From Patescibacteria group bacterium (GTDB lineage Bacteria; Patescibacteriota; JABMPQ01; JAQVVF01): DNA of 64,000 nt. The notes under the pieces are model-generated. The model was not told the DNA's origin. It saw nothing but the letters and a program-made list of their open reading frames with translations, and searched no databases. Below are positions 1-8,578 of the stretch, piece after piece. The translations under genes were made by a program, and so were the position numbers. Each line of letters begins with the position of its first letter. The stretch's first letter is position 1. The stretch covers positions 385,511 to 449,510 of the forward strand of contig JBAZSC010000001.1 of NCBI GenBank assembly GCA_041662665.1, read 5' to 3'.

Positions 1-638
1 TTAAATACGATGAATTAAAAAATGATTTTAAAGAAAAATTTTTAGCAGAAGTTAATAATCCGCAAAAATATAATTATGATTTTTTAGCTGATTTGCCAAA
101 AAATGCCACACTCGAAGGATATCTTTATCCTGACACATATTTTATTTATGCAGATTCAACTCCTGAAACAATTATCAGAAAAATGTTAGATAATTTTGGC
201 AAGAAAGTAACAAAAGATATTAGAGAACAGGCAAAAAGCAAGAATATGACTTTGAATCAAGTTTTGACAATGGCATCAATTATTCAAAAAGAAGTAAAGA
301 CGCCTGAAGAAATGAAGCTGGCAGCCGGTCTTTATTTTAATCGCTTGAATGCAAATAAAGCATTAGAATCAGATTCAACTATTACTTATGTCACTGGAAA
401 TTATGATAGCCGAGCTTCAACAGAAGATTTGAAAATCAAAAGTCCATACAATACATATACTCATAATGGTTTGCCACCAGGACCAATTAGTAATCCAAGC
501 TTGATAGCAATTACAGCAGTTTTAAATCCAACAGAAAGCGATTATATGTTTTTTATCACAGATAAATCTGGCAAAGCAATTTTTAGTGTAACTGGCGAGG
601 AGCATGTTGAAAATGTTGAAGAGCATTTGAATAATTAG
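1..638 (+). CDS. mltG: Endolytic murein transglycosylase MltG/YceG family, 5'-truncated by window edge
   Basis: The reading frame is open from position 3 (KYDELKNDF...). It contains YceG-family motifs LEGYLYPDTY and GLPPGPISNPS, and stops at 638. Confidence 0.7.
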   Translation, partial: KYDELKNDFKEKFLAEVNNPQKYNYDFLADLPKNATLEGYLYPDTYFIYADSTPETIIRKMLDNFGKKVTKDIREQAKSKNMTLNQVLTMASIIQKEVKTPEEMKLAAGLYFNRLNANKALESDSTITYVTGNYDSRASTEDLKIKSPYNTYTHNGLPPGPISNPSLIAITAVLNPTESDYMFFITDKSGKAIFSVTGEEHVENVEEHLNN

Positions 639-705
639 AAATTAGAAATGAGAAATGAGAAATGAGAATAGGTGTTCACATATCCCAGGCTCTCATTTCA
701 CATCT

Positions 706-737
706 CTAAAAAAAATAAAACCCTAGCAATAGGGTAT
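706..737 (-). terminator. Intrinsic terminator (minus strand) ACCCUA-GCAA-UAGGGU followed by a U-run; copy 1 of a repeated cassette
   Basis: The hairpin lies at 720-735 with an A-run at 706-719 on the plus strand (a U-run on the minus transcript), directly after the stop of 740..1069. Confidence 0.6.
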
Positions 738-739
738 TT

Positions 740-1069
740 TTAATGAGCTTGATTTTGATTTTCTTGTCTAGAATGATAAATTTCTAGACGATAAATTGGA
801 ATATTTTGAGAATTTTGAAAACAAATTTTTACATATATTCCTCTAATCTCAAAAACTTCAATACGTACGCCACAAACTTCAAAGTATTGTCCTGCAAAAA
901 GTACGACTTGTCCTCTCAAAGCGATTTCGTATGCATTATTTACTGTAATTCCATTTTTCGTATGTTCAACATTGAAATAAACAGTAGATTTTGTTATCTT
1001 TTCTACTGTTAATTTATTATCATCTCCGATCATCACTGATTCGCCAGATTTTCTAGTTAGAAAGAGCAT
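740..1069 (-). CDS. CsrA-like RNA-binding protein, apparent tandem duplication of the CsrA fold (109 aa)
   Basis: N-terminal MLFLTRKSGESVMIGDD matches CsrA beta1-beta2 (MLxLxRKxxExxxIGxD). C-terminal GVRIEVFEIRGIYVKICFQNSQNIPIYRLEIY matches CsrA beta3-beta5 and the RxEIY motif. A strong SD, GGAGGGAGAGAG, is adjacent to the ATG. Confidence 0.45.
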   Translation of the reverse strand: MLFLTRKSGESVMIGDDNKLTVEKITKSTVYFNVEHTKNGITVNNAYEIALRGQVVLFAGQYFEVCGVRIEVFEIRGIYVKICFQNSQNIPIYRLEIYHSRQENQNQAH

Positions 1070-1130
1070 CTCTCTCCCTCCTGCGTGGTTGTGAGAGCAA
1101 AAAAATAATAACTGAAAATTAAAATTTTGT

Positions 1131-1158
1131 CAAATAAAAAACCCTAATTAATAGGGTA
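1131..1158 (-). terminator. Intrinsic terminator copy 2 (ACCCUA-AUUAA-UAGGGU plus U-run), immediately followed by a TTGACA -35 for the next minus-strand gene
   Basis: Near-identical to the hairpins at 720 and 1566; the shared string is ttgtcaaataaaaaaccctaat. Confidence 0.6.
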
Positions 1159-1495
1159 TAGTTCTTAAGGTACTTTTTTCATGCATTTGATCATATATTT
1201 CTTGGCGAAGAATTTGAATTGTAACTGGTGCTTCAAAACAGATTCTGACAGAATTCTTGTTAACTTGCATGATCGTTACTCTGACTCCAGATACAATAAA
1301 ATATTTTTGCGCAGAATGCTCAAAATTGCCTTGGACAGCTAAAGTTTTGCTGTTTGATTTTGTTGTACCATTCGCGCCATCTAAATATTCCGTAATTTTG
1401 AAAGTTGCAGTCCTTCGCGATGTTCTGATTAAGGTAATTTTGCATGAGTCATCGATCCTTACAGACTCGTACAAGTTCCTTTCTAGAAACAGCAT
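1148..1495 (-). CDS. CsrA-like RNA-binding protein paralog (115 aa; start revised to the internal Met)
   Basis: MLFLERNLYESVRIDD at the N-terminus. C-terminal half GVRVTIMQVNKNSVRICFEAPVTIQILRQEIY aligns to CsrA VxVxxxxGxxVRIGIxAPKxVxIxREEIY. SD GGAGGAG lies 7 nt upstream of the Met at 1495. The ORF-track start at 1558 lacks an RBS. Confidence 0.5.
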   Translation of the reverse strand: MLFLERNLYESVRIDDSCKITLIRTSRRTATFKITEYLDGANGTTKSNSKTLAVQGNFEHSAQKYFIVSGVRVTIMQVNKNSVRICFEAPVTIQILRQEIYDQMHEKSTLRTIPY

Positions 1496-1557
1496 TTTTT
1501 TCTCCTCCTTTGCTTGACTGAACAACTGGAATCTTATCAGAAAACGATATTTTGTCA

Positions 1558-1584
1558 AATAAAAAACCCTAATGAATAGGGTAA
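1558..1584 (-). terminator. Intrinsic terminator copy 3 (ACCCUA-AUGAA-UAGGGU plus U-run)
   Basis: Same cassette as at 720 and 1140, directly after the stop of 1605..1871. Confidence 0.6.
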
Positions 1585-1604
1585 TGAAAGATCAATCTGT
1601 ATAT

Positions 1605-1871
1605 TTATTTGTCTGGAAAATCTTGGATGCAGGACTTATGTTGTTCTGTCAAATATTTGTTATCTGCATGCCATTGGATATTCAGAGTTACAAAAGCAGA
1701 CACCAAGAATACAAACGATATTCCAAAGAAAAATGCAAGAGTGCGTCGTTTTCGATTCAAGTCTAGAATAAGGATTAGAAAAGAAATTCCGCTAACAAAG
1801 AACAAAATTCCAAGAACAAAAAGAAATATTGGCAAGAAAGCATACAAAAGTGCGGCATACATTGTATCCAT
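1605..1871 (-). CDS. Small integral membrane protein (88 aa, two predicted TM helices), hypothetical
   Basis: Two hydrophobic segments. Strong SD GGAGGAGGAA adjacent to the ATG at 1871. Followed by its own copy of the cassette terminator. Confidence 0.5.
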   Translation of the reverse strand: MDTMYAALLYAFLPIFLFVLGILFFVSGISFLILILDLNRKRRTLAFFFGISFVFLVSAFVTLNIQWHADNKYLTEQHKSCIQDFPDK

Positions 1872-1949
1872 TTCCTCCTCCTTTGTCCTCCGTGAGCAAC
1901 GTTAAAGAATACATTTTCTTGATAATATTGTCAATATTTTTCTTTCCTC

Positions 1950-1977
1950 TTGACAATATAATATTTTTTGCTAAACT
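1950..1977 (+). promoter_or_regulatory. Candidate sigma-70 promoter for the rplJL leader (TTGACA-16-TAAACT)
   Basis: TTGACA at 1950-1955; weak -10 TAAACT at 1972-1977. Confidence 0.3.
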
Positions 1978-2090
1978 ATAATTACTTACAAATAAATATT
2001 CCAGAGACAGTAAGTTTCAGCACAAGCTGAGTAATTCTTGCCGAGGAAAAAACGAGTAACTAGTCATAAGTAACTAGTAATTAGTTTATC

Positions 2091-2119
2091 ATCCTACGGC
2101 AAAGTAGGATTTTTTAATA
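2091..2119 (+). terminator. Leader attenuator-like intrinsic terminator in the rplJ 5' leader
   Basis: ATCCTAC-ggcaaa-GTAGGAT followed by TTTTTT. No plus-strand gene lies upstream, and the rplJ start is 92 nt downstream. Confidence 0.5.
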
Positions 2120-2210
2120 AATAAAAAGTTGAATTTTCGCAGCGCCTGCATCAACGCACATCAGCGTAGATCAGCGTTAGAATCTGCGTTTAATCAGCTT
2201 CTACGAATAT

Positions 2211-2741
2211 ATGGCAAAGACAAGAATTGAAAAAGAAAAGATGGTTAAGGAAACATCTGATAAATTAAATAAAGCAAAATCATTAGTTTTTGCTAATTTT
2301 ACAGGATTGAAAGTTAACGAAGTTCAAGAATTAAAAAAAGAAGCAAAAAAGCAAGATGTTGAATTCTCAGTTGTTAAAAATTCTTTATTCAAATTAGCAA
2401 TGAAGAATTCGGATCTTAAAGATGTCAAGATGGAAGAATTCAAAGGCCCTAGAGCAGTTGCATTTGGTTATTCTGATGAAGTTGCGGGAGCAAAAATATT
2501 GCACACTTTTGCAAAGAAGCACAAAGTAATGCAATTATTAGGCGGTATTTTAGGCAAAGCTTTGTTATCAACTAAAGAAGTTACAAATCTAGCCAAGCTT
2601 CCTTCAAAAGAAGAAATGCTTGCCAAAACTGTTGGCACTATCAAAGCTCCTATCACTTCATTTGTTAATGTTATGGCAGGAAATTTAAGAGGCTTGATCA
2701 ATGTATTAAACGCAGTAAAGGACAAGAAACCTACTAAATAA
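2211..2741 (+). CDS. rplJ: 50S ribosomal protein L10
   Basis: 176 aa with typical L10 length and sequence (MAKTRIEKEKMVKE...FANFTGLKVNEVQELKK), immediately upstream of L7/L12. Confidence 0.9.
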   Translation: MAKTRIEKEKMVKETSDKLNKAKSLVFANFTGLKVNEVQELKKEAKKQDVEFSVVKNSLFKLAMKNSDLKDVKMEEFKGPRAVAFGYSDEVAGAKILHTFAKKHKVMQLLGGILGKALLSTKEVTNLAKLPSKEEMLAKTVGTIKAPITSFVNVMAGNLRGLINVLNAVKDKKPTK

Positions 2742-2827
2742 TTAATTTATATAATAACTAATTTGTTAACAAGCTAATCATTAATTAAGTTCTAATTACT
2801 GATAACTGTTAACTAATAACTAATTTT

Positions 2828-3265
2828 ATGGCAGAAGAAGTAAAGAAAGCTGAAGAAGCTAAAGAAGAGAAAAAAGAAGTAGTAGTTCCAGAAAAATTCA
2901 AAGCCTTAGTAGAAGGAATTGAAAAAATGTCAGTATTGGAACTATCTGAATTGGTAAAAGTTTTGGAAGAAAAATTCGGCGTATCAGCAGCTGCTCCTAT
3001 GGCTATGGCTATGCCAGGTGCTGCAGGTGCAGATGCAGGTGAAGCTGAAGAAAAAACAGAATTCAATATTGAATTGAAAGCTGTTGGTGATCAAAAGATC
3101 CAAGTTATCAAAGCTGTAAAAGAAATTACAGGCAAAGGTCTAAAAGAAGCTAAAGATATGGTAGACAAAGCTCCAGTTGTAGTAAAAGAAAAAGTTGCAA
3201 AAGCTGAAGCAGAAGAATTGAAAAAGAAATTAGAAGCTGCAGGTGCAACAGTTGAATTGAAGTAA
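2828..3265 (+). CDS. rplL: 50S ribosomal protein L7/L12
   Basis: Ala/Glu-rich hinge; C-terminal domain [24 protein letters not shown]...[10 protein letters not shown]. Confidence 0.93.
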   Translation: MAEEVKKAEEAKEEKKEVVVPEKFKALVEGIEKMSVLELSELVKVLEEKFGVSAAAPMAMAMPGAAGADAGEAEEKTEFNIELKAVGDQKIQVIKAVKEITGKGLKEAKDMVDKAPVVVKEKVAKAEAEELKKKLEAAGATVELK

Positions 3266-3310
3266 TCGCGAATTTACACAAATTCATCACGAATTTCACG
3301 AATACTAAAA

Positions 3311-3340
3311 ACCGAGACATAAATGCCTCGGTTTTTGTTT
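3311..3340. terminator. Bidirectional intrinsic terminator between convergent rplL and 3347..3574
   Basis: AACCGAGACAT-aa-ATGCCTCGG with a T-run after it and an A-run before it. Confidence 0.65.
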
Positions 3341-3346
3341 ATGTAA

Positions 3347-3574
3347 TTAATTTAATTTTTTATTTTGTTCAATTTTATTGAGCTCTTGTGTAAAAATTTG
3401 CTTTATAAGACCAGCTCCAGTCGTCTCTGCATATTGACGTGAAATTTCACCAGTTGAATATTGCTTTAACAAAGATCTCATGCCATGTGCCAAAGATTCG
3501 ACCATTTTTTCTTGTTCAGGATCAAGTTCTACTTTTTCTATGCCCGTCTCATCATAAAAATTTTCTCTCGCCAT
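3347..3574 (-). CDS. Hypothetical small protein (75 aa)
   Basis: ORF with a terminator downstream and no recognisable family. A possible HTH-like segment (GEISRQYAETTGAGLIKQ) was not confirmed. Confidence 0.35.
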   Translation of the reverse strand: MARENFYDETGIEKVELDPEQEKMVESLAHGMRSLLKQYSTGEISRQYAETTGAGLIKQIFTQELNKIEQNKKLN

Positions 3575-3604
3575 AAATTTTATTAATTATTAATATCCAA
3601 ATAT

Positions 3605-5923
3605 CTATTTCATCTCAAACATCAACACTTTATTATTACTCAACACGTATCCCTTATTTTTACTTTCATCAATAAATATATCTTTAGCATTTTTGAAATC
3701 AGTATTTGCATATTGCTTCAAAACATTTCCATTTTTATCTAAGACGGCCAATCTTTCGTTAGCTGGATCTAAGACATACAAATTATTATAATCTAATAAT
3801 GTAAATATTTTACTTCCAGAAGCAAAAGATTTATCTAAATTTTTAATTGAAAAATCTTCTTTCTTTCCAGACAAAAAGCTGACAATCTCACCATTATCTT
3901 TCAAGACATAAATACTGCCATCAATTGCAAATGAATTAGCATCTTTAATTCCATTATCAACTCCATCTAACCAAGCCTCTCCTTTATTATAGCCATCAAT
4001 TGTTCTTTGATGCTTCCAGATTTGATCATTAGTATTATCCAAAACATATAATGCATCAAAATAATTTGCAAAAGCAGTAATTTTTTCTTTTGAATCTAAT
4101 TCAAAATCAACTTTATAAATATTATTATCATCTAATACAAATTCAGAAACAGAATTTGAATCAGTCAAAAACTCAATATAATCTTTAAATAAATTTATTG
4201 CGCCATATTTTAAATTGCCAACGCCATTTGATTCATTAGATGCTTTATCTAAAGATTTTTTGTTTTCGTTAACTAAAAATACTTCTGATTTATTTTCATC
4301 ATAAGAATACAATTTTCCGCCAAGTCCTAAAATTCCTTTAGCATTAAAATCAGCTGGCAAAGAAATTGAATCTAAATTTTCTATTCTTGTAACATTATTA
4401 ATTTTATCAAGATCTGTTGTTACTCCTTTCAACAAATCTTCAGCATCTTTTTGAAATTTTTTATCTTTTTTGGCATCAATCAAAATAGTCGTTGCTTCAA
4501 GAAGAAAACCTTTTGCTTTTTCTTTATCGCCATAGATTAATGAATCAGAAGCTTTCTTTTTCAAATCTTGAGCTTGGACAATTGAATTTTCATCAACTTT
4601 TTTTGTTACAGCAACGTCTTTGTTTTCTGGACCTTTGGAATGGAAAAACATAAAAAATCCAAAAATAAAACCTATGCCAACAACACTGCCTAAAATTATT
4701 TTTGATTTATTTGGTAAGCCAGCAACGAATGAAAATGCATCAGCAAAGACACCTTTTATTTTATCTAATCCTAATTTTGGTAATTTATTTTCTGATGGCT
4801 GTATTCTTGGAGATAGATATGATCGAGTTGAAATCGCTTTTCTGCTTGTTATTCTTCTTTCTGGAACTTTAGATTTTGGTTTTAACGACTTTATAGAACC
4901 AGCAACTTTTTCGAAAACAGGCAAGGCATTATCTTTGAATCTCAAAATATTATCTTTTGCTAATTCAATATATTTATTGAATCCTGAAGATTGTTTTTCT
5001 CTTTTTCTTGGCAATGTTTTTAAAATGTCGTCATCAGTATCAATATCTAAAGCCGATCTTTTTTGTTTTGCTTCATGATAATTATAAACTTTGTAATCTT
5101 CATTTGCTGGACGAACTGGTGGCACTGATTTTTTTTCATCAATTGAACCAACTTCATTTTTATTGGCTCGCTCATTAATTAAATCTTCAATTGTCTGTTT
5201 CTTCGTTCTAGGTTTTTTCAAGAAATCAAATTCTTCTTCATAAGCTTCTTTTTCATCTTTTAATTCCAAAACAACAGCTGATAAAGCCGAATTATCGAAA
5301 TTTTGCAGTAAATTTTTGAAATTAGAAATTGCATCTTTAGCAGAGAATTGCGATAAAGTTCTTTTAACTTTTTCACTCGAAAAATATTTCAAAAAATTCG
5401 GAGAAACCATTAATAATTTATCATTAATCTGCATATCTCCAGAAACAACATTAATAAAAGTTTTCATCGGATTTGATTGAGAAGAGCTTGGACCAGTAGT
5501 AATATCAATGACTTCATTTTGCCGATATAAAAATATTTTTGTTGATCCAGTATAGGCGATATGTATCTTATTAAAACTTAAAGCTGCAATTCCAACATGC
5601 AATTTATCAATCCATTCTACATAGCCTTCAGCTGCTAATGTTGATAATGCCTGATTTAATTTGCTCAAAGCTGATTCAAAATGCCCAAGCATTTGTGTCT
5701 TATTTTCTGATGTTTTGAATCTAAAATATTCCTGTTTAATGCATTCAGAAATAATCTCTGACATCTTTGAAGCAAAATCAGTATTCATATCAACATCAAC
5801 AACAACTGCTAATTTTCCTAATTCATTCATTTTTCTATTTGGCGCATCAAAAACAAAAGACTTGCTAAATGTCTCATTAGTTGAAATATCATGAACTGTT
5901 AAATTTTCGTATTTTATTAACAT
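3605..5923 (-). CDS. Large single-pass membrane protein (772 aa): cytoplasmic N-domain plus charged linker, one TM helix, extracytoplasmic beta-propeller-like repeat domain
   Basis: TM segment IILGSVVGIGFIFGFFMFF in mid-protein; C-terminal repeated IYVLD/YVL...G motifs. No confident family assignment. Confidence 0.45.
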   Translation of the reverse strand: MLIKYENLTVHDISTNETFSKSFVFDAPNRKMNELGKLAVVVDVDMNTDFASKMSEIISECIKQEYFRFKTSENKTQMLGHFESALSKLNQALSTLAAEGYVEWIDKLHVGIAALSFNKIHIAYTGSTKIFLYRQNEVIDITTGPSSSQSNPMKTFINVVSGDMQINDKLLMVSPNFLKYFSSEKVKRTLSQFSAKDAISNFKNLLQNFDNSALSAVVLELKDEKEAYEEEFDFLKKPRTKKQTIEDLINERANKNEVGSIDEKKSVPPVRPANEDYKVYNYHEAKQKRSALDIDTDDDILKTLPRKREKQSSGFNKYIELAKDNILRFKDNALPVFEKVAGSIKSLKPKSKVPERRITSRKAISTRSYLSPRIQPSENKLPKLGLDKIKGVFADAFSFVAGLPNKSKIILGSVVGIGFIFGFFMFFHSKGPENKDVAVTKKVDENSIVQAQDLKKKASDSLIYGDKEKAKGFLLEATTILIDAKKDKKFQKDAEDLLKGVTTDLDKINNVTRIENLDSISLPADFNAKGILGLGGKLYSYDENKSEVFLVNENKKSLDKASNESNGVGNLKYGAINLFKDYIEFLTDSNSVSEFVLDDNNIYKVDFELDSKEKITAFANYFDALYVLDNTNDQIWKHQRTIDGYNKGEAWLDGVDNGIKDANSFAIDGSIYVLKDNGEIVSFLSGKKEDFSIKNLDKSFASGSKIFTLLDYNNLYVLDPANERLAVLDKNGNVLKQYANTDFKNAKDIFIDESKNKGYVLSNNKVLMFEMK

Positions 5924-6134
5924 AATACAAATTTGCGAATTTATGCAAATCTACAAATATGCGAATCGAAGTATTCGTATATTCGTATCATTTGCATTAT
6001 TCGTAAATTCGTATTATATTCTTTTCTAATTTATTATAACTAGACTTTAAAATATTAGCAAGACGCGGAAATATCTTTGCTTGTTGACATTTTATACTGT
6101 AAATGATAACATTTTATAAAGTTAATTAACAGCC

Positions 6135-6752
6135 ATGAAAAACGTTCTTGAAAAACTTTTCGGCTCAAAAACAAGAGTAAAAATCTTAAGCTTATTTGTC
6201 AAAAATCAAAACAGCAGTTTTTATGTGCGTGAAATTACCAGAAAATTGCAAGAACGAATTAATTCAATCAGAAGAGAATTAGAAAATTTAACAAATGTCG
6301 GACTTTTAAAAACATTTGATAAAGATCAAAAAAAGTTTTATAAACTGAATAAAGAAAGTATTATTATCGAAGAATTAAGTTCATTAATCTTAAAAGCAAA
6401 TATTGTTCCAAAAGAAAAAGTTGCTGATGAAATTAAAAAAATTAAAAGCATTGATTTTGCTGCATTATCTGGAATTTTTACAAGATCAGATAGCAGAGTT
6501 GATATTTTAATAATTGGAGATAATGTTGAAAAAAATAAATTAGTAAAAATTATTAATGAATTAGAAAAACAGCAAGGACAGGAATTGAATTATACAGTCA
6601 TGAGCAAAAAAGAATTTGATTACCGCAAAAAAATTGATGATCGATTTTTAAATAGTATTCTAGACAAAAAGCACAAAGTTCTAGTCGACAAATTACAGGA
6701 TGAAAAGAATAAGAAAAAAGAGCAAGAATTTGGAATGAAATTATTTCGCTAA
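6135..6752 (+). CDS. Putative winged-helix transcriptional regulator (205 aa)
   Basis: N-terminal RVKILSLFVKNQNSSFYVREITRKLQERINSIRRELENLTNVGLL resembles a wHTH (ArsR/MarR-like); the C-terminal domain is unknown. Confidence 0.4.
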   Translation: MKNVLEKLFGSKTRVKILSLFVKNQNSSFYVREITRKLQERINSIRRELENLTNVGLLKTFDKDQKKFYKLNKESIIIEELSSLILKANIVPKEKVADEIKKIKSIDFAALSGIFTRSDSRVDILIIGDNVEKNKLVKIINELEKQQGQELNYTVMSKKEFDYRKKIDDRFLNSILDKKHKVLVDKLQDEKNKKKEQEFGMKLFR

Positions 6753-6958
6753 AATTTAATTATTTTTTTAACTAGTTAAATTATAACTGTCGTAATGGCA
6801 GTTTTTTAATCCATTAGAAATTGGAAATTAGATATTAGAAATTAGTAAATTTAATATTAAATTTCTAATTTCTAATATCATCGTTGTTGATAACTTTTCA
6901 TTACCATTATCGTGGCTTATTTAAGCAAAAAAATAAGAAGAATTTTTCATTCAAATCC

Positions 6959-6986
6959 TTGACGTAGTATATGAATGGAGTATAAT
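6959..6986 (+). promoter_or_regulatory. mraZ (dcw cluster) promoter TTGACG-16-TATAAT
   Basis: -35 at 6959-6964 and -10 TATAAT at 6981-6986, 73 nt upstream of mraZ. Confidence 0.55.
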
Positions 6987-6996
6987 AAACTTGAAA

Positions 6997-7021
6997 TGGA
7001 ACAAAATGGGACAAAATGGGA
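6997..7021 (+). promoter_or_regulatory. MraZ operator: three direct repeats TGGAA-N5-TGGGA-N5-TGGGA at 10-bp period
   Basis: Repeats at 6997-7001, 7007-7011 and 7017-7021, just downstream of the -10. This matches the TGGGN-N5 direct-repeat architecture bound by MraZ in E. coli and other bacteria. Confidence 0.6.
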
Positions 7022-7058
7022 GATTTTCAAGATGATATTTTTTATTTAATTTATCCTG

Positions 7059-7490
7059 ATGTTCATTGGCGAATACCAACATTCAATTGATGATCGAGGT
7101 CGCTTAGCGATTCCTTCTAAATTTCGTTCCAAAATTAAAAAAGGAGCAGTTGTTACTCGCGGTTTAGACAATTGTCTTTTCCTTTATACAAAAGAAGAAT
7201 GGGAAAAGTTAGCAAACAAATTAGCTAGCCTTCCAATCAGCCAAGCAAATACCAGAGCATTTTCAAGATTGATGTTGGCTGGAGCAATGGATGTTGATTT
7301 AGATAGTCATGGGAGAATAATTATACCTCAATATTTAAGAACATTCTCATCTATCACAAAAAAAGTTATTATCGCTGGATTATATAATCGTTTGGAAATT
7401 TGGGATGAAGAAAAATGGACGATATACAAAACAAATACTGAAAAAAATAGCAGTGAAATCGCTGAAAAAATAGGTGAGTTAGGAGTTTAA
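7059..7490 (+). CDS. mraZ: Transcriptional regulator MraZ
   Basis: MFIGEYQHSIDDRGRLAIPSKFR plus a second DxxxR repeat (MDVDLDSHGRIIIPQYLR); 143 aa; first gene of the dcw cluster. Confidence 0.9.
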   Translation: MFIGEYQHSIDDRGRLAIPSKFRSKIKKGAVVTRGLDNCLFLYTKEEWEKLANKLASLPISQANTRAFSRLMLAGAMDVDLDSHGRIIIPQYLRTFSSITKKVIIAGLYNRLEIWDEEKWTIYKTNTEKNSSEIAEKIGELGV

Positions 7491-7618
7491 CGAGAATTAC
7501 GAATCATGAATAATGAATCATGATTTGAATAACGAAGCATGAATTATGAATATCGTCATTAATCATTATTCAAAATTCGTAATTCAAATCATAATTCTTA
7601 ATTCATAATTCATGATTC

Positions 7619-8551
7619 ATGCAAAGTATCTATCACGTACCTGTCCTTTCAGAAGAAATAATAAAAATCTTTAACCCGCAAAAAAACCAAAATTATATCG
7701 ATGGAACATTAGGAGATGGCGGACACACAGAAATGTTATTAGAAAAAATAGGTCCTAATGGAAAAGTAATGGCATTTGATTTAGATGGTGATGCAATTAT
7801 AAGAGCTTCAAAAAGACTAGAAAAATATAAAGACAGAATTATTTTCATCAACAAAAATTTTAAAGAAATAGAAAAAATAGTAAAAGAAAATAAGTTCACA
7901 GATATTGCAGGAATTTTATTTGATCTCGGTCTTTCAACTTATCAACTTCAAAGTTCTCGCGGATTTTCATTTCAGACCGAAGGAAAGCTCGATATGAAAT
8001 TCGATGAATCAACAAGAAAACACAGATCAGCATTTCAAATTGTCAATGAAGCGAAACCAGAAGAATTAAGACACATCTTTAGAAAATATGGAGAAATTCA
8101 AAATTATTGGAAATTAACAGATACAATAATTAAAAAAAGAACATTAGGCAAAATAAAAACTAGCCAAGAATTAGCTGAAACTGTAAAATATCTTGCTCCA
8201 GAAAGATTTAGAAATAGATATTTAGCTCAAGTTTTTCAAGCAATCAGAATTGCAGTAAATAATGAATTAGAAAATATTACCAATGCCTTAAAGGATTCAA
8301 TAAAAATAATTGAACCAAAAGGAAAAATTGCAGTTATCTCGTATCATTCTCTAGAAGACAGAATAGTTAAACAATTTTTTCAGACGGAAAGCAAAGGCTG
8401 CATTTGTCCGCCAGAAATTCCGATTTGCCAATGCCTACATATCGCATCCTTGAAAATATTAACAAAAAAACCAATTATTCCAACCGAAATAGAAATCAAA
8501 AACAATTCAAAAGCGAGATCAGCAAAATTAAGAATCGCTGAAAAAATATAA
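7619..8551 (+). CDS. rsmH: 16S rRNA (cytosine1402-N4)-methyltransferase RsmH/MraW
   Basis: HVPVLSEEIIKIFNP...DGTLGDGGHTE, a SAM-methyltransferase motif, in the conserved position after mraZ. Confidence 0.9.
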   Translation: MQSIYHVPVLSEEIIKIFNPQKNQNYIDGTLGDGGHTEMLLEKIGPNGKVMAFDLDGDAIIRASKRLEKYKDRIIFINKNFKEIEKIVKENKFTDIAGILFDLGLSTYQLQSSRGFSFQTEGKLDMKFDESTRKHRSAFQIVNEAKPEELRHIFRKYGEIQNYWKLTDTIIKKRTLGKIKTSQELAETVKYLAPERFRNRYLAQVFQAIRIAVNNELENITNALKDSIKIIEPKGKIAVISYHSLEDRIVKQFFQTESKGCICPPEIPICQCLHIASLKILTKKPIIPTEIEIKNNSKARSAKLRIAEKI

Positions 8552-8578
8552 AAACATAAAAAAATAAACAAAAATAAA

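Noticed and set aside
806-1012. 68-aa plus-strand ORF overlapping the CsrA-like gene
   Set aside because: Antisense shadow ORF of low-complexity sequence. No RBS or promoter, and fully contained in a better-supported minus-strand gene. The same reasoning applies to the other embedded or antisense ORFs in the track: 1257..1517, 1572..1766, 1609..1905, 2468..2725, 2809..3066, 4620..5078, 5661..5894, 7693..7899, 8380..8646, 9737..10039, 10359..10556, 11857..12051, 12651..12854, 13921..14127, 16558..16878, 17401..17831, 18925..19355, 20459..20894, 28112..28504, 29332..30013, 30721..31026, 31622..31912, 33180..33422, 34639..34857, 36623..36970, 36714..36941, 37767..38039, 42176..42361, 43850..44125, 44556..44849, 45620..46321, 46469..46726, 47877..48080, 49573..49855, 50514..50696, 50862..51251, 53581..53972, 55988..56377, 56915..57103.
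1496-1558. N-terminal extension of the second CsrA-like ORF (track start at 1558)
   Set aside because: The internal Met at 1495 is preceded by GGAGGAG, and the protein then begins with the conserved MLFLERN. The extension has no RBS.
3605-4900. PP2C/SpoIIE-type phosphatase assignment for the N-terminal domain of the 772-aa membrane protein
   Set aside because: There is some resemblance (IHIAYTGSTKIFLYRQNEVIDITTG). However, the diagnostic metal-binding DGxGG motif is absent, so no family call was made.
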